Virus record (IMG/VR): IMGVR_UViG_3300050343_000281
Location: 1 to 64,000 of that record
Direction: 5' to 3' (one strand)
From: a virus
Length of the DNA stretch: 64,000 nucleotides
Shown here piece after piece: positions 27,222 through 36,368 of the stretch. Under the pieces are notes generated by a model. That model was not told the DNA's origin, did not search any database, and saw only the letters and a list, made by a program, of their open reading frames with translations. The position numbers were made by a program, and so were the translations under genes. Positions within the stretch are counted from its first letter, which is position 1; every line of letters begins with the position of its first letter.

Positions 27222-27370
27222 GAATCCTCATTAGTAGGTACTAAATATCCTAAAGATGCTAATTTAGTTTCCATATACAGCGTGTCACATACCATTTCTA
27301 TAGCTTCTTCTAAATCTTCTGCCATAAAAGTAAAAAATGCATAATCCCTTGCCACTTTTCCTACTATCAT
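27209..27370 (-). CDS. Hypothetical protein
   Basis: Probable start 27370 after GGAGGA. Confidence 0.5.
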   Translation of the reverse strand: MIVGKVARDYAFFTFMAEDLEEAIEMVCDTLYMETKLASLGYLVPTNEDSWNF

Positions 27371-27389
27371 ATTAAATCCTCCAGTAATT

Positions 27390-27440
27390 ATAATAGTATT
27401 ATAAGTAATGTAAGTCAATAAGTACATTTTAACAACTATA
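27390..27440. promoter_or_regulatory. Divergent promoters: sigma70 (minus) and late motif (plus)
   Basis: TTGACT-17-TATTAT on minus (27390-27418); TTTAACAACTATA on plus (27428-27440). Confidence 0.7.
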
Positions 27441-27468
27441 ACATTGTATTAATCAGGAGGATTGTGGT

Positions 27469-27805
27469 ATGATGGGAGAAATGGAGCGTATAAAAGCTAT
27501 TATAGCAAAAAAGAAAGCTGAAAAAGACAAAAAAGAAGCTGAAAGAATAGCTAAAAGAAAAAAAGAAAGAGAAAGGGCTAGAATATTTGAAATAGCTGGT
27601 GATGAAAGAGCTCCTGTAAAGTATAGACAGGCTTATATAGCTAAAAAAGCCGCTATAGAAAAAGAAGAAAGGGAAAAAAGAAGATCAAATAAAGATAAAA
27701 GAAGCTAAAAAAAGAGAATTAGAGGATTATTTTAAAAAAGCTAGTGAAAGAAGAAGGATAAGAGTTGAAAGGTTAAGGGAAAAGTATGGAAAAGTCAAAA
27801 AATAA
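27469..27805 (+). CDS. Basic coiled-coil protein, apparent +1 frameshift in an A6 run
   Basis: Frame shifted at 27674-27679 continues EDQIKIKEAKKRELEDYFKK to TAA 27805. Confidence 0.5.
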
Positions 27806-27956
27806 GCCATATGGAGCATTAACTTTTGGAAAAGCTGATCCTATATTTAAAGAAATATATGCAGATAAGGTAGAAAAGCCTACATATAAGAATAAACGTA
27901 AGTTTTCTAAAATAAGAAATACAATCGGAAGAAAAAAGAAAAGATCTACACCTTAG
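27786..27956 (+). CDS. Small basic protein (56 aa) with FSKIR motif
   Basis: Manual translation MEKSKNKPYG...KRKFSKIRNTIGRKKKRSTP. Confidence 0.55.
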   Translation: MEKSKNKPYGALTFGKADPIFKEIYADKVEKPTYKNKRKFSKIRNTIGRKKKRSTP

Positions 27957-27992
27957 TACAAGACTAGACTTTATTTTTTTACAGGAGATTAC

Positions 27993-28277
27993 ATGAAATC
28001 TATTAAAAAAGCCCTCCCATTTGTGCTATTAGCATCTTTTTTAGCACTTTCACACTACAAACAAGCTCAAATAGCTGATTCTATAATTATTATAGCTTTG
28101 GCTTCATTATGTGCATTTAGCATGTACCTAGAAACAAAAAAGAGTCCAAATTACCTAGAACAATTTCAAAAAGACCTTGAAAACAAGGATAAAGAGATAA
28201 AAGAACTACAAACTTCTTTGGGCATTTATAATATGTCTCAAAAAAGAAAAGAACAAGTAGAAAATATTATCTGGTAG
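27993..28277 (+). CDS. Two-TM membrane protein
   Basis: Two hydrophobic helices, RBS AGGAG. Confidence 0.6.
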   Translation: MKSIKKALPFVLLASFLALSHYKQAQIADSIIIIALASLCAFSMYLETKKSPNYLEQFQKDLENKDKEIKELQTSLGIYNMSQKRKEQVENIIW

Positions 28278-28283
28278 GTATAA

Positions 28284-28634
28284 ATGAGTGATTATAAAGA
28301 TGTTGAATACGAAATATCTATATTAAAGGATAAAATACTCCAATTAGAATCAGAAAATCAAAAAATGAAGCAGGTTATTTTAGATAACGAGCTTGAGAAT
28401 GAAATTGATGGCTTAGATGCTATATCTGAAGAAGAGTATATTTGTGTAAAGGGTATAGGACATTTAAAAAAACTATTTGAAAATGGAACATTTACTAAAG
28501 ACGATACTCAACAATTAGACTTACTTATAAAAAACCTTAGAATGATACGGGGACAAAGTAGTAAAAAAGCTAAAGGCAAAAGACTAAAAACAGAAGATGT
28601 AGCAGAGTTATTTAGTATAGTAAAAGGTAAATAA
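28284..28634 (+). CDS. Putative terminase small subunit
   Basis: Directly upstream of and overlapping TerL. Confidence 0.5.
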   Translation: MSDYKDVEYEISILKDKILQLESENQKMKQVILDNELENEIDGLDAISEEEYICVKGIGHLKKLFENGTFTKDDTQQLDLLIKNLRMIRGQSSKKAKGKRLKTEDVAELFSIVKGK

Positions 28635-30097
28635 TGTCTAAAGAAGAGCAAAAAAAACTTGCGGCTAAGCATAAACTATGGAGAATGGGAGAATTAAGCT
28701 GGAAGTTAAAAGGAAAACAAGAAGATATATATAAAAACATGAGAGAAACTACTCATGATGTATCTTGTATATTGGTATCTAGACGTTTTGGTAAATCTTT
28801 TACAAACTGTCTTTTAGCAGTTGAAACTTGTCTTAAAAATCCTAATGCTATTGTTAAATATGCTTGTCCTAAGCAAAGAATGGTTCAAACTATAATTAAA
28901 CCCATAATGCGTGAAATATTTAAAGATGCCCCAGAAGAGTTTAATTTATCTGATATGTGGAAAGCTAATGATAAAGTATACCAATTTCCTAACGGATCAG
29001 AAATACAAATAGCGGGAACTGATAATGGTAATGCCGAAAACCTACGTGGTGGTTATGCTCAGTTGCTCATATGTGACGAAGCTGGATTTATGGACGATTT
29101 AGACTACGTAGTAAATTCTATACTACTTCCTACCACAGATACAACAGATGGTAAGTTAATTCTTACATCTACTCCAAATTATAAAGATCCTCAACATGAA
29201 TTTCATACAGAATTTGTATTCCCTCTAGAAGCAGAAGAAAGGCTTATAAAATATACTTTATATGAATCTCCAATGGTAGATGAAGATAAAATACAAAAGA
29301 TTATATCAAGATACCCTGGTGGAGCAGAGAATCCTAAGTTTAGATGCGAGTATCTTTGTGAGATACCTAAATTAACAGAAAACACTGTAATACCTGAATA
29401 TGGCTATAATAAACATGAGATCGTAATAGATGATGTAGCCCTTCCAGATCACTTTGATGCCTACGTAGCAGCAGATATTGGATTTAGGGACTTAACCGTA
29501 GTTTTATTCGGTTACTATGACTTTATGAACGCTCAGTTAGTTATATTAGATGAACTAGTAATGAACGGTCCAGAAATGACTACTGACGAACTAGCTAAAA
29601 GAATTAATCAAAAAGAAGAACTCAGATTTCATTTAGATTCTATTAACATGCCAGTAGCTCCGTATTTACGTATTATGGACAATGATTTAAAGCTTATAAA
29701 TGACTTAGTTAGGCTACATAATATTCATTTTATAGCTACTAAAAAAGATAATAAAGAAGCTCAAATTAACCAAGTTAGGTTGTGGGTACATCAAGGTAAG
29801 ATTAAAATTCATGAAAGATGTAAACATCTAAGGTATCATTTAGAAAATGCACAATGGGATAAGCATAGAAAATCTTTTATACAATTAAAAGATACTCCTA
29901 ATGGAGAAATTAGAGGAGGCCACTGTGATGCTCTTGACGCTCTTATATATCTAGTTAGAAATGTTAATGAAGGTAGAAATCCTTTTCCAGAAGATTATAA
30001 TAAATTAAGAGGACCAGGAATATTTAAAAGTCTCCATAAACCTAAAGAATCAAAATTACAGGAACTTATGGATACTATCATGGGAAAGATAAAATAA
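28634..30097 (+). CDS. terL: Terminase large subunit
   Basis: Walker A SRRFGKS; Walker B LLICDEAG; STP; nuclease ADIGFRD and HCDALDA. Confidence 0.95.
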   Translation: MSKEEQKKLAAKHKLWRMGELSWKLKGKQEDIYKNMRETTHDVSCILVSRRFGKSFTNCLLAVETCLKNPNAIVKYACPKQRMVQTIIKPIMREIFKDAPEEFNLSDMWKANDKVYQFPNGSEIQIAGTDNGNAENLRGGYAQLLICDEAGFMDDLDYVVNSILLPTTDTTDGKLILTSTPNYKDPQHEFHTEFVFPLEAEERLIKYTLYESPMVDEDKIQKIISRYPGGAENPKFRCEYLCEIPKLTENTVIPEYGYNKHEIVIDDVALPDHFDAYVAADIGFRDLTVVLFGYYDFMNAQLVILDELVMNGPEMTTDELAKRINQKEELRFHLDSINMPVAPYLRIMDNDLKLINDLVRLHNIHFIATKKDNKEAQINQVRLWVHQGKIKIHERCKHLRYHLENAQWDKHRKSFIQLKDTPNGEIRGGHCDALDALIYLVRNVNEGRNPFPEDYNKLRGPGIFKSLHKPKESKLQELMDTIMGKIK

Positions 30098-30118
30098 TAT
30101 ACTCTAAAAATACACCAT

Positions 30119-30131
30119 TTTAACAACTATA
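30119..30131 (+). promoter_or_regulatory. Putative late promoter motif
   Basis: TTTAACAACTATA. Confidence 0.75.
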
Positions 30132-30161
30132 AATGTGTAATAAACCACTTTAGGAGTTAAA

Positions 30162-32251
30162 ATGAAAGACAGCGTTTACTTTGCTGCAGATACATCTGAA
30201 AAAGCTGCCAGTTACTTACAACACAAAACCAAAGAATGGTTTCAAAACATAAGTGTAAACAACTATCTAAATAAAATCAAAAAATCATGGGCTGCTTATC
30301 ATGGAAATTACTACGCTAGTAGTCATGAAATAACCTTTGGCGGGGAACAAGGAGAGCTTGTAAACCTAGCCGTAAATCACTATTCCAACCTATGTACTCA
30401 CATGCTTAATATGGTAACTGGGTCTCGACCTAGTTTTCAATGTAGGGCAATTAACACTGATAGAAAATCTAAAATCCAAGCTGAACTGGGTAATGGACTA
30501 CTAGAATATTATATGCGTGAAAAAAGACTAGAGCGTAATATAAAAGCTGCTGTAGAATATGCTATTGTATTAGGATCTGGTTTTGTTAAAATGGAATGGA
30601 ACGCTACTAGAGGCGAAATAAGTGATTATTTAGATATAAGTCCAGAAGATATTGCATCTTTTGATGAAGAAGGTAATCCATTAGACGAAGATGGAAATAT
30701 GCTTTCTCCCACTCCAATATACGATGGTGACGTAGATTTTTACACACTATCTCCTTTCGATGTCGCATTTGATCCAACTAAAGAAACTCCAGATTTACAT
30801 GAATGGGTAGTTATTAGAACTTTTGTAAACAGGTACAATCTTAAAGAAAAGTATCCTGAGTATGCAGAAGAAATTATGAGGATTGGAACTAAAGACACTC
30901 AAAATTCAAACAATAGAATATCTCTAACATCTTTTAGTAAAACTGATGATATACCAGTATATGAATTATATCATAAAAGAACTGAAGCTTGTCCAGAAGG
31001 TAGATTTATGATGTATCTTACTAGCGATATAGTATTAGAAGATACTGACATGCCTTATAGAGACTTACCTATATTTAGAATAGCTCCTAGGAACGTACTA
31101 GGGACTCCTTTTGGTTATACATCTATGTGGGATATTTTACCACTCCAAGATGCTGTTAATAGTCTTTATTCTACAATAATGACTAATAATAACGCTTTTG
31201 GGGTGCAAAATATTCTCAACCCACAAGGAAACAATCTAAAAGTTAATCAACTAGAAGGTGGGCTAAATTTTATAGAATATAATCAAACAGTTGGGAAACC
31301 AGAACCACTACAACTTACATCTACTGCTCCAGAAACTTATAACTTTTTAGGAATGTTAGAAAAGACCATGGAAACAGTTTCTGGCATTAACTCAGTAGCT
31401 AGGGGTAATCCTGAATCTAGTTTAAGATCCGGTACTGCATTAGCACTAGTACAATCTCAAGCTTTACAATTTATGTCAGGACTACAACAATCTTATATTC
31501 AATTATTAGAAGATGTAGGAACTGGATTAATTAACATATTAAAAGATTTTGCAGATGCTCCAAGAATTGCAGCAATTGCAGGAATATCAAATACCAGTAA
31601 AATGGTAACATTTAAGTCTGAGGATTTAGAAGCAATAAATAGGGTTGTAGTTGATGTCGGTAACGCACTCGCACAAACACCTGCTGGTAGAGCGCAAATT
31701 GCAGAAAATCTTCTTCAAATGGGGTTAATTACTACTCCAGAAAGATACTTAGAAGTACTAAATACTGGTAACTTGAAAACAGCAACACAAGGAATTACAA
31801 GCGAATTAGATACTATAAATTCAGAAAATGAAGCATTATTAAAAGGACAGAGTGAAGTCATTGCTATTGCAACAGATCACCATGCCATGCACATTAGAGA
31901 ACACAGATCTGTACTCTCCGACCCTGCATTAAGACTTGACTCAGAATTAGTAGCCAGGACTCTTGCTCATATTAATGAACATATCAGACTCCTTCAAGAA
32001 ACAGATCCTAACTTACTATCCATCATCGGGAGCAGCCCCTTGCTCCTCCTGGTGGATCTCCTATTAATCCTCAACAACAAGGCGGTATGCCTGGTGCTCA
32101 AGGTGCTTCTGCTCCATTACAAGGAACTCCAATGACTCAAGCAATGCCTGGTATGCCTAGTCCTGCTCAAGCTCCTGATATATTAGGACAAGGGCAACCT
32201 CAAACTCCTGAAGAATTACTGGCAATGAATTTAGGTGGAGGTAACTTCTAA
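30162..32251 (+). CDS. Portal protein, apparent -1 frameshift near 32030
   Basis: Follows TerL; portal-like motifs (LPLQDAVN, METVSGINSVARG, SGTALALVQ); P/Q/G-rich tail in the -1 frame ends at a TAA overlapping the next ATG. Confidence 0.9.
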
Positions 32252-32595
32252 TGAAAAGAATAAGATATAAAAAAACAGATAAAGAAAATATTGTAATATC
32301 AAATAAGATTATTAGATCTCAAAGAACTGGAGCAGAGTACCTAGTTTACCTAGATCTAGAAAATGTAACATATAAAATTAAAAATATAAATTCGGAAAAC
32401 GTACATAGAGGTGGGGATAATATTAACAATCTAAATGTACTTAAAAGATCGGTAAAAACTAGACTTGAAGGTATGGGTGTAGTTTTTGCAGAAGAAGAAC
32501 GTGATAGGACCTTCGGAAGATGTCCTAAAGGATGGAATCAAAAAAAACAAGAACAAATTAGTAGTTATGTTATTGAAGAGGGAGAAAATGAGTAA
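32251..32595 (+). CDS. Hypothetical protein
   Basis: Translationally coupled to portal. Confidence 0.65.
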   Translation: MKRIRYKKTDKENIVISNKIIRSQRTGAEYLVYLDLENVTYKIKNINSENVHRGGDNINNLNVLKRSVKTRLEGMGVVFAEEERDRTFGRCPKGWNQKKQEQISSYVIEEGENE

Positions 32596-32770
32596 GAAAA
32601 AAAGTTGTGCAGGTAAGACAGCTAATGGAGCTTGTCCTACTAAGCCAGAATTATACCAAAGAATAAAAGCTAAAATAAAAGCTAAATTTGGAGAAGATTA
32701 TCCAAGTGCTTATGCCAGCTCTGCGCTTGTAAAAGAATACAAGGAAAAGGGTGGAGGATATAAGAAATGA
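32588..32770 (+). CDS. Small basic protein, DUF5872-like N-terminal half
   Basis: PELYQRIK..YPSAYASSALVKEYKEKGGGY; ATG 32588 with RBS. Confidence 0.6.
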   Translation: MSKKKSCAGKTANGACPTKPELYQRIKAKIKAKFGEDYPSAYASSALVKEYKEKGGGYKK

Positions 32771-33045
32771 GTAAGCCTAGTGCGAAACAAGGCGGTCTTG
32801 TTAGATGGCACAAGGAAAAATGGAAAGACTCTAAAGGTAGAGAATGTGGTCATGGAGATGACGACAGTTACTGCAGACCTAGTAAAAGGGTTACTAAAAG
32901 TACTCCAAAAACTTGGGGAGAATTATCTGAATCTGAAAAGAAAAGTGCTTTAAAGGCTAAAGCGAAAGCTAGAAGAGAAGGTAATCAATATAGTAGTAAA
33001 AGGTTTTCTAAAATTAAAAGGAAGTTAGATAATGAAAAAAAGTAA
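32767..33045 (+). CDS. Small basic protein, DUF5872-like C-terminal half
   Basis: GLVRWHKEKW..CRPSKRVTKSTPKTWGEL. Confidence 0.6.
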   Translation: MSKPSAKQGGLVRWHKEKWKDSKGRECGHGDDDSYCRPSKRVTKSTPKTWGELSESEKKSALKAKAKARREGNQYSSKRFSKIKRKLDNEKK

Positions 33046-33202
33046 AAAAGAAGATGGAGAATTTCTTGCAAAGTTTAGGAAAGGCTTTAAAGGGTCTGAT
33101 GAAGATAAAGAAAGAATGGAACTTAGTGAAGATCAGCAAGAAAGACTAAAGAAGAAGAAAAAGAAAGGGTTATTTTCAAAAATAAAATCAATGTTAGAAT
33201 AA
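33032..33202 (+). CDS. Small charged protein (56 aa) with FSKIK motif
   Basis: Manual translation MKKSKKEDGEF...KKKGLFSKIKSMLE. Confidence 0.6.
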   Translation: MKKSKKEDGEFLAKFRKGFKGSDEDKERMELSEDQQERLKKKKKKGLFSKIKSMLE

Positions 33203-33263
33203 GATTTACAAACTGCCTACCCATAGTGGATGGCTAACAAACATATACAACTAAGGAGTTATT

Positions 33264-34262
33264 ATGTCTGATGAAATCGTAGAAACAAATGATGTACAAG
33301 ATGAAGTAGTACAAAACGAACTAGTAGAAGAATCTATTGATGATTCTGGATTAGAAGCATCTTCTGAATCAGTAGAAGCTAGTACAGTAGAAGATCTTGA
33401 AGAAGAGTTAGTAGAAGCTGCAGAAAATGGTGCTTCTCAACAAGAACTTCAAAACATGATTAAAGAGTTTGAGCTAAAAGTTAATGGTAAAACTCTAAAG
33501 AAAAGAATTGACCTAAGTGATGAAGACGCTGTAAAAAGAGAACTTCAAAAAGCCTATGCTGGTCAATTAGCAATGCAAGAAAAGGCTGAATTAGAAAATG
33601 CTCTTAAGAGTAGAGTAAATGATTGGAAAAACAACCCTTGGCAATTCTTTGAAGAAATTGGTTTAGATGCTGACGAATTAGCCGAAATCAGACTTGCTCA
33701 AAGATTAGAAGAGATGAAGAAAGATCCAGCAGAACTTGAAAGAGAGCAAAGAGAATTAGAACTTCAACAATTAAGAGGACAATTAAAAGATAAAGAAGAA
33801 AGAGAAAAGCAACTTGAGTACGAAAGATTACAAGAAGAGGCTGCAATGCAACTTGACGTTGAGATTTCTGAAGCATTAGATGCACATCCAAGTCTTCCAG
33901 CTACTCCAAGAGTTATACGACAAATTGCTGATACTCTAGCTTGGGCAATTACTCCACAAAACGAAAATGGCGGTGGATTTGATCCAGATGAAATTTCAGT
34001 GTCTGATATTCTTCCTACAGTTGAAGCTGAAATAAGAAAGGAAATATCTGATCTTATGGCTTCTCTACCAGAAGAAATGATTGAACAATATATTGGCAAT
34101 AAAGGTATTGAAAGGCTTAAGAAAAAGACTATTGCTAAAGTGAAAAAGGCACCTAAGTCTGCAAAATCATTGAACAAACCATCTGCACCTAAAGAAGAAA
34201 GTAAAGTAGAGCCTAAAAAGAAGGGCAGACTTGATGATTTCTTTAGTGTAAGAAATAGATAA
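33264..34262 (+). CDS. Capsid scaffolding protein
   Basis: Acidic coiled coil with LKVNG motif, directly upstream of the capsid gene. Confidence 0.8.
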   Translation: MSDEIVETNDVQDEVVQNELVEESIDDSGLEASSESVEASTVEDLEEELVEAAENGASQQELQNMIKEFELKVNGKTLKKRIDLSDEDAVKRELQKAYAGQLAMQEKAELENALKSRVNDWKNNPWQFFEEIGLDADELAEIRLAQRLEEMKKDPAELEREQRELELQQLRGQLKDKEEREKQLEYERLQEEAAMQLDVEISEALDAHPSLPATPRVIRQIADTLAWAITPQNENGGGFDPDEISVSDILPTVEAEIRKEISDLMASLPEEMIEQYIGNKGIERLKKKTIAKVKKAPKSAKSLNKPSAPKEESKVEPKKKGRLDDFFSVRNR

Positions 34263-34264
34263 AT

Positions 34265-34304
34265 TTTAACAACTATAAAAATACGAGGTATATTACCTCG
34301 TATT
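34265..34304 (+). promoter_or_regulatory. Late promoter motif plus perfect 11-bp inverted repeat
   Basis: TTTAACAACTATA then AATACGAGGTA-TAT-TACCTCGTATT. Confidence 0.7.
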
Positions 34305-34463
34305 AATATACTTTTAACTAGGTTTTAGTAAATTTAGTGAGACTTCTAGATACCCTTAATAGGGCTTTAGAACATCGAGTTAAGGAGAAAGGGTTGATGT
34401 TGAATTTATATAAAACTTTTAAATTTTAAATTAACAAAAAACTATTTTATAGGAGAATTAAAA

Positions 34464-35747
34464 ATGGCTGATATTGGAAACGCTCTACCAGGGGTAGAAA
34501 ACGCTCAAAGTTCACTAAACGGATTATTTAAAGAAATTTACAACCAACTTAAGGACTTAGTACCTGCTAATACTAAAATGGCAGATATGATTCCTTTCGC
34601 ACCAGGAGACAAAGAACTAGGTGCTGCTTATAACGAGCCAGTAGTTCTAGGTTTAGAAGGTGGTGTAAGTTATGGTGGATCTGACGGAGAAGCTTTCGCA
34701 TTAAGAACTCCAAGTTCATTTACACTTAAAAACGCAAGAGTAAAGTCTGTAGAAATGGTATTAAGATCTGCAATTTCTACTGCTGTAGCTTCAAGATCTC
34801 AAAACTCTAACGGTGCTTTTGAAAGAGGTATTAAACTTCTTACTGGTAATATGATGAAATCTATGTACCACAGATTAGAAGTATCAATGCTTTACGGACA
34901 ACAAGGAATTGCTGTTGTAGAGTCTGTAGCTGGAACTGGTCCATCTGTAATTAAAGTAGAAGATCAAGAATGGGCTGCTGGTATTTGGGTTGGAACTACT
35001 AAGCACAAAATAGAAGTATTTAGTGCAGATTTAGCTACAAAAAGAGCTGAATTAACTATTTCAGGATATGATATTGGTGCTAAAACAGTAACTGTTATAG
35101 AAGATGCTTCTACATTACAAGCTACTGACGTAATCTTCTTTTCTGGTGCTGCTGAAGCAGGAGCTGTTCACAAGGATATGCTAGGTCTTCACAAAATCGC
35201 TTCAGAAAGAGTTTCATTATTTGAAATTTCTAACGCTACTGAGCCACTTTTCCAAGGTAACATCGTAGATGTTGGTGAACTTGCTAACGCTGCTGTACTT
35301 TCTTTTGCTAAAGTAGAAGAAGCTGTTGCAAAAGCTGTAGAAAAAGGTCTTGGAGAAGAGCAAATGACTGTTATAGTTAACGTAAACTCTTGGAATGACT
35401 TACTTACTGAGCAAACTGCTAAGAGAAGATTTACTTCTGACTACTCTTCTAAAATCAAAGAAGGTTCTAGAGCAATTGAATTTGAAGGACAAGCTGGTTC
35501 TATCAAAATTGTCCCTTCTACTTACGTAAAAGAAGGATACGCTTACGCTTTTTGTGAAAAAGATCTAATCAGAATCGGCTCTTCTAACATTACTTTTGAT
35601 CCAAAAGGATACGAAGGTGAATTTTTCAGACTACTAGATAACCACTCAGGTTACGAAATTAGAGCATACTCTGATCAAGCTCTTTTCTCTAGTAGACCAA
35701 GCTGTATTACTGTATTAAGGTACATTAAAAACGCTACACACGCATAA
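34464..35747 (+). CDS. Major capsid protein
   Basis: Position after scaffold, 427 aa, strongly biased codon usage, followed by a terminator. Confidence 0.88.
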   Translation: MADIGNALPGVENAQSSLNGLFKEIYNQLKDLVPANTKMADMIPFAPGDKELGAAYNEPVVLGLEGGVSYGGSDGEAFALRTPSSFTLKNARVKSVEMVLRSAISTAVASRSQNSNGAFERGIKLLTGNMMKSMYHRLEVSMLYGQQGIAVVESVAGTGPSVIKVEDQEWAAGIWVGTTKHKIEVFSADLATKRAELTISGYDIGAKTVTVIEDASTLQATDVIFFSGAAEAGAVHKDMLGLHKIASERVSLFEISNATEPLFQGNIVDVGELANAAVLSFAKVEEAVAKAVEKGLGEEQMTVIVNVNSWNDLLTEQTAKRRFTSDYSSKIKEGSRAIEFEGQAGSIKIVPSTYVKEGYAYAFCEKDLIRIGSSNITFDPKGYEGEFFRLLDNHSGYEIRAYSDQALFSSRPSCITVLRYIKNATHA

Positions 35748-35776
35748 AATTACTATTCTAGTGATTCAAAGTATAT

Positions 35777-35805
35777 AGCCCAGATGCAATGTCTGGGCTT
35801 TTTAT
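35777..35805 (+). terminator. Rho-independent terminator
   Basis: AGCCCAGA-7-TCTGGGCT followed by a T tract. Confidence 0.85.
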
Positions 35806-35827
35806 TTAATACAACAAAACCTTTATT

Positions 35828-35840
35828 TTTAACAACTATA
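35828..35840 (+). promoter_or_regulatory. Putative late promoter motif
   Basis: TTTAACAACTATA. Confidence 0.75.
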
Positions 35841-35875
35841 GAGTATATATCTATATAATATAATAAAGGATAGAC

Positions 35876-36355
35876 ATGTCAACGATACGACTCAGATTAG
35901 GTGATGATGTTTTTGATATACCTGTTGTTGGAGCAAGCAATTGGGGAGAACAAATAACTCTTTATCTAAGAAAAAATTCCGAAATAATTGAAAATATACA
36001 AGGTCCACAAGATATTCTATTAACTTCTGATACTTTACAAAACGGAGTATCAATTGAAGCTCCAGAAGATGTTAAAGGGTTAAATTTCAATACTAATGAT
36101 ATTCAAAATATAATAGTAGATGGTTATATAAAAAGAACTATTACAGGCGATGTTAAAGTAGATTCTTTTCGATGTGAAGGTATCTATGATAGTTCTAATT
36201 TTCATGTAGATATAAATTACACAGGAACTGATACAGGAGTTAGAATATTTCCAGATGAAATGGGAACTGGTCAGTTTAAATATACTTCAGAAGATGTAGC
36301 TAATACTACAAATATACAAATATTTTTTAGAGCTAAAACAATTATAGAAGAGTAG
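35876..36355 (+). CDS. Virion structural protein
   Basis: Carries the shared beta domain (TGVRI..GQFKYTS). Confidence 0.65.
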   Translation: MSTIRLRLGDDVFDIPVVGASNWGEQITLYLRKNSEIIENIQGPQDILLTSDTLQNGVSIEAPEDVKGLNFNTNDIQNIIVDGYIKRTITGDVKVDSFRCEGIYDSSNFHVDINYTGTDTGVRIFPDEMGTGQFKYTSEDVANTTNIQIFFRAKTIIEE

Positions 36356-36368
36356 GGAGATATAAACC

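Noticed and set aside
32031-32135. Hydrophobic C-terminal tail of the portal in the ORF track
   Set aside because: Out-of-frame translation after the apparent indel at about 32030
32486-32587. Upstream extension of ORF 32486..32770
   Set aside because: Overlaps the previous gene; ATG 32588 has an RBS
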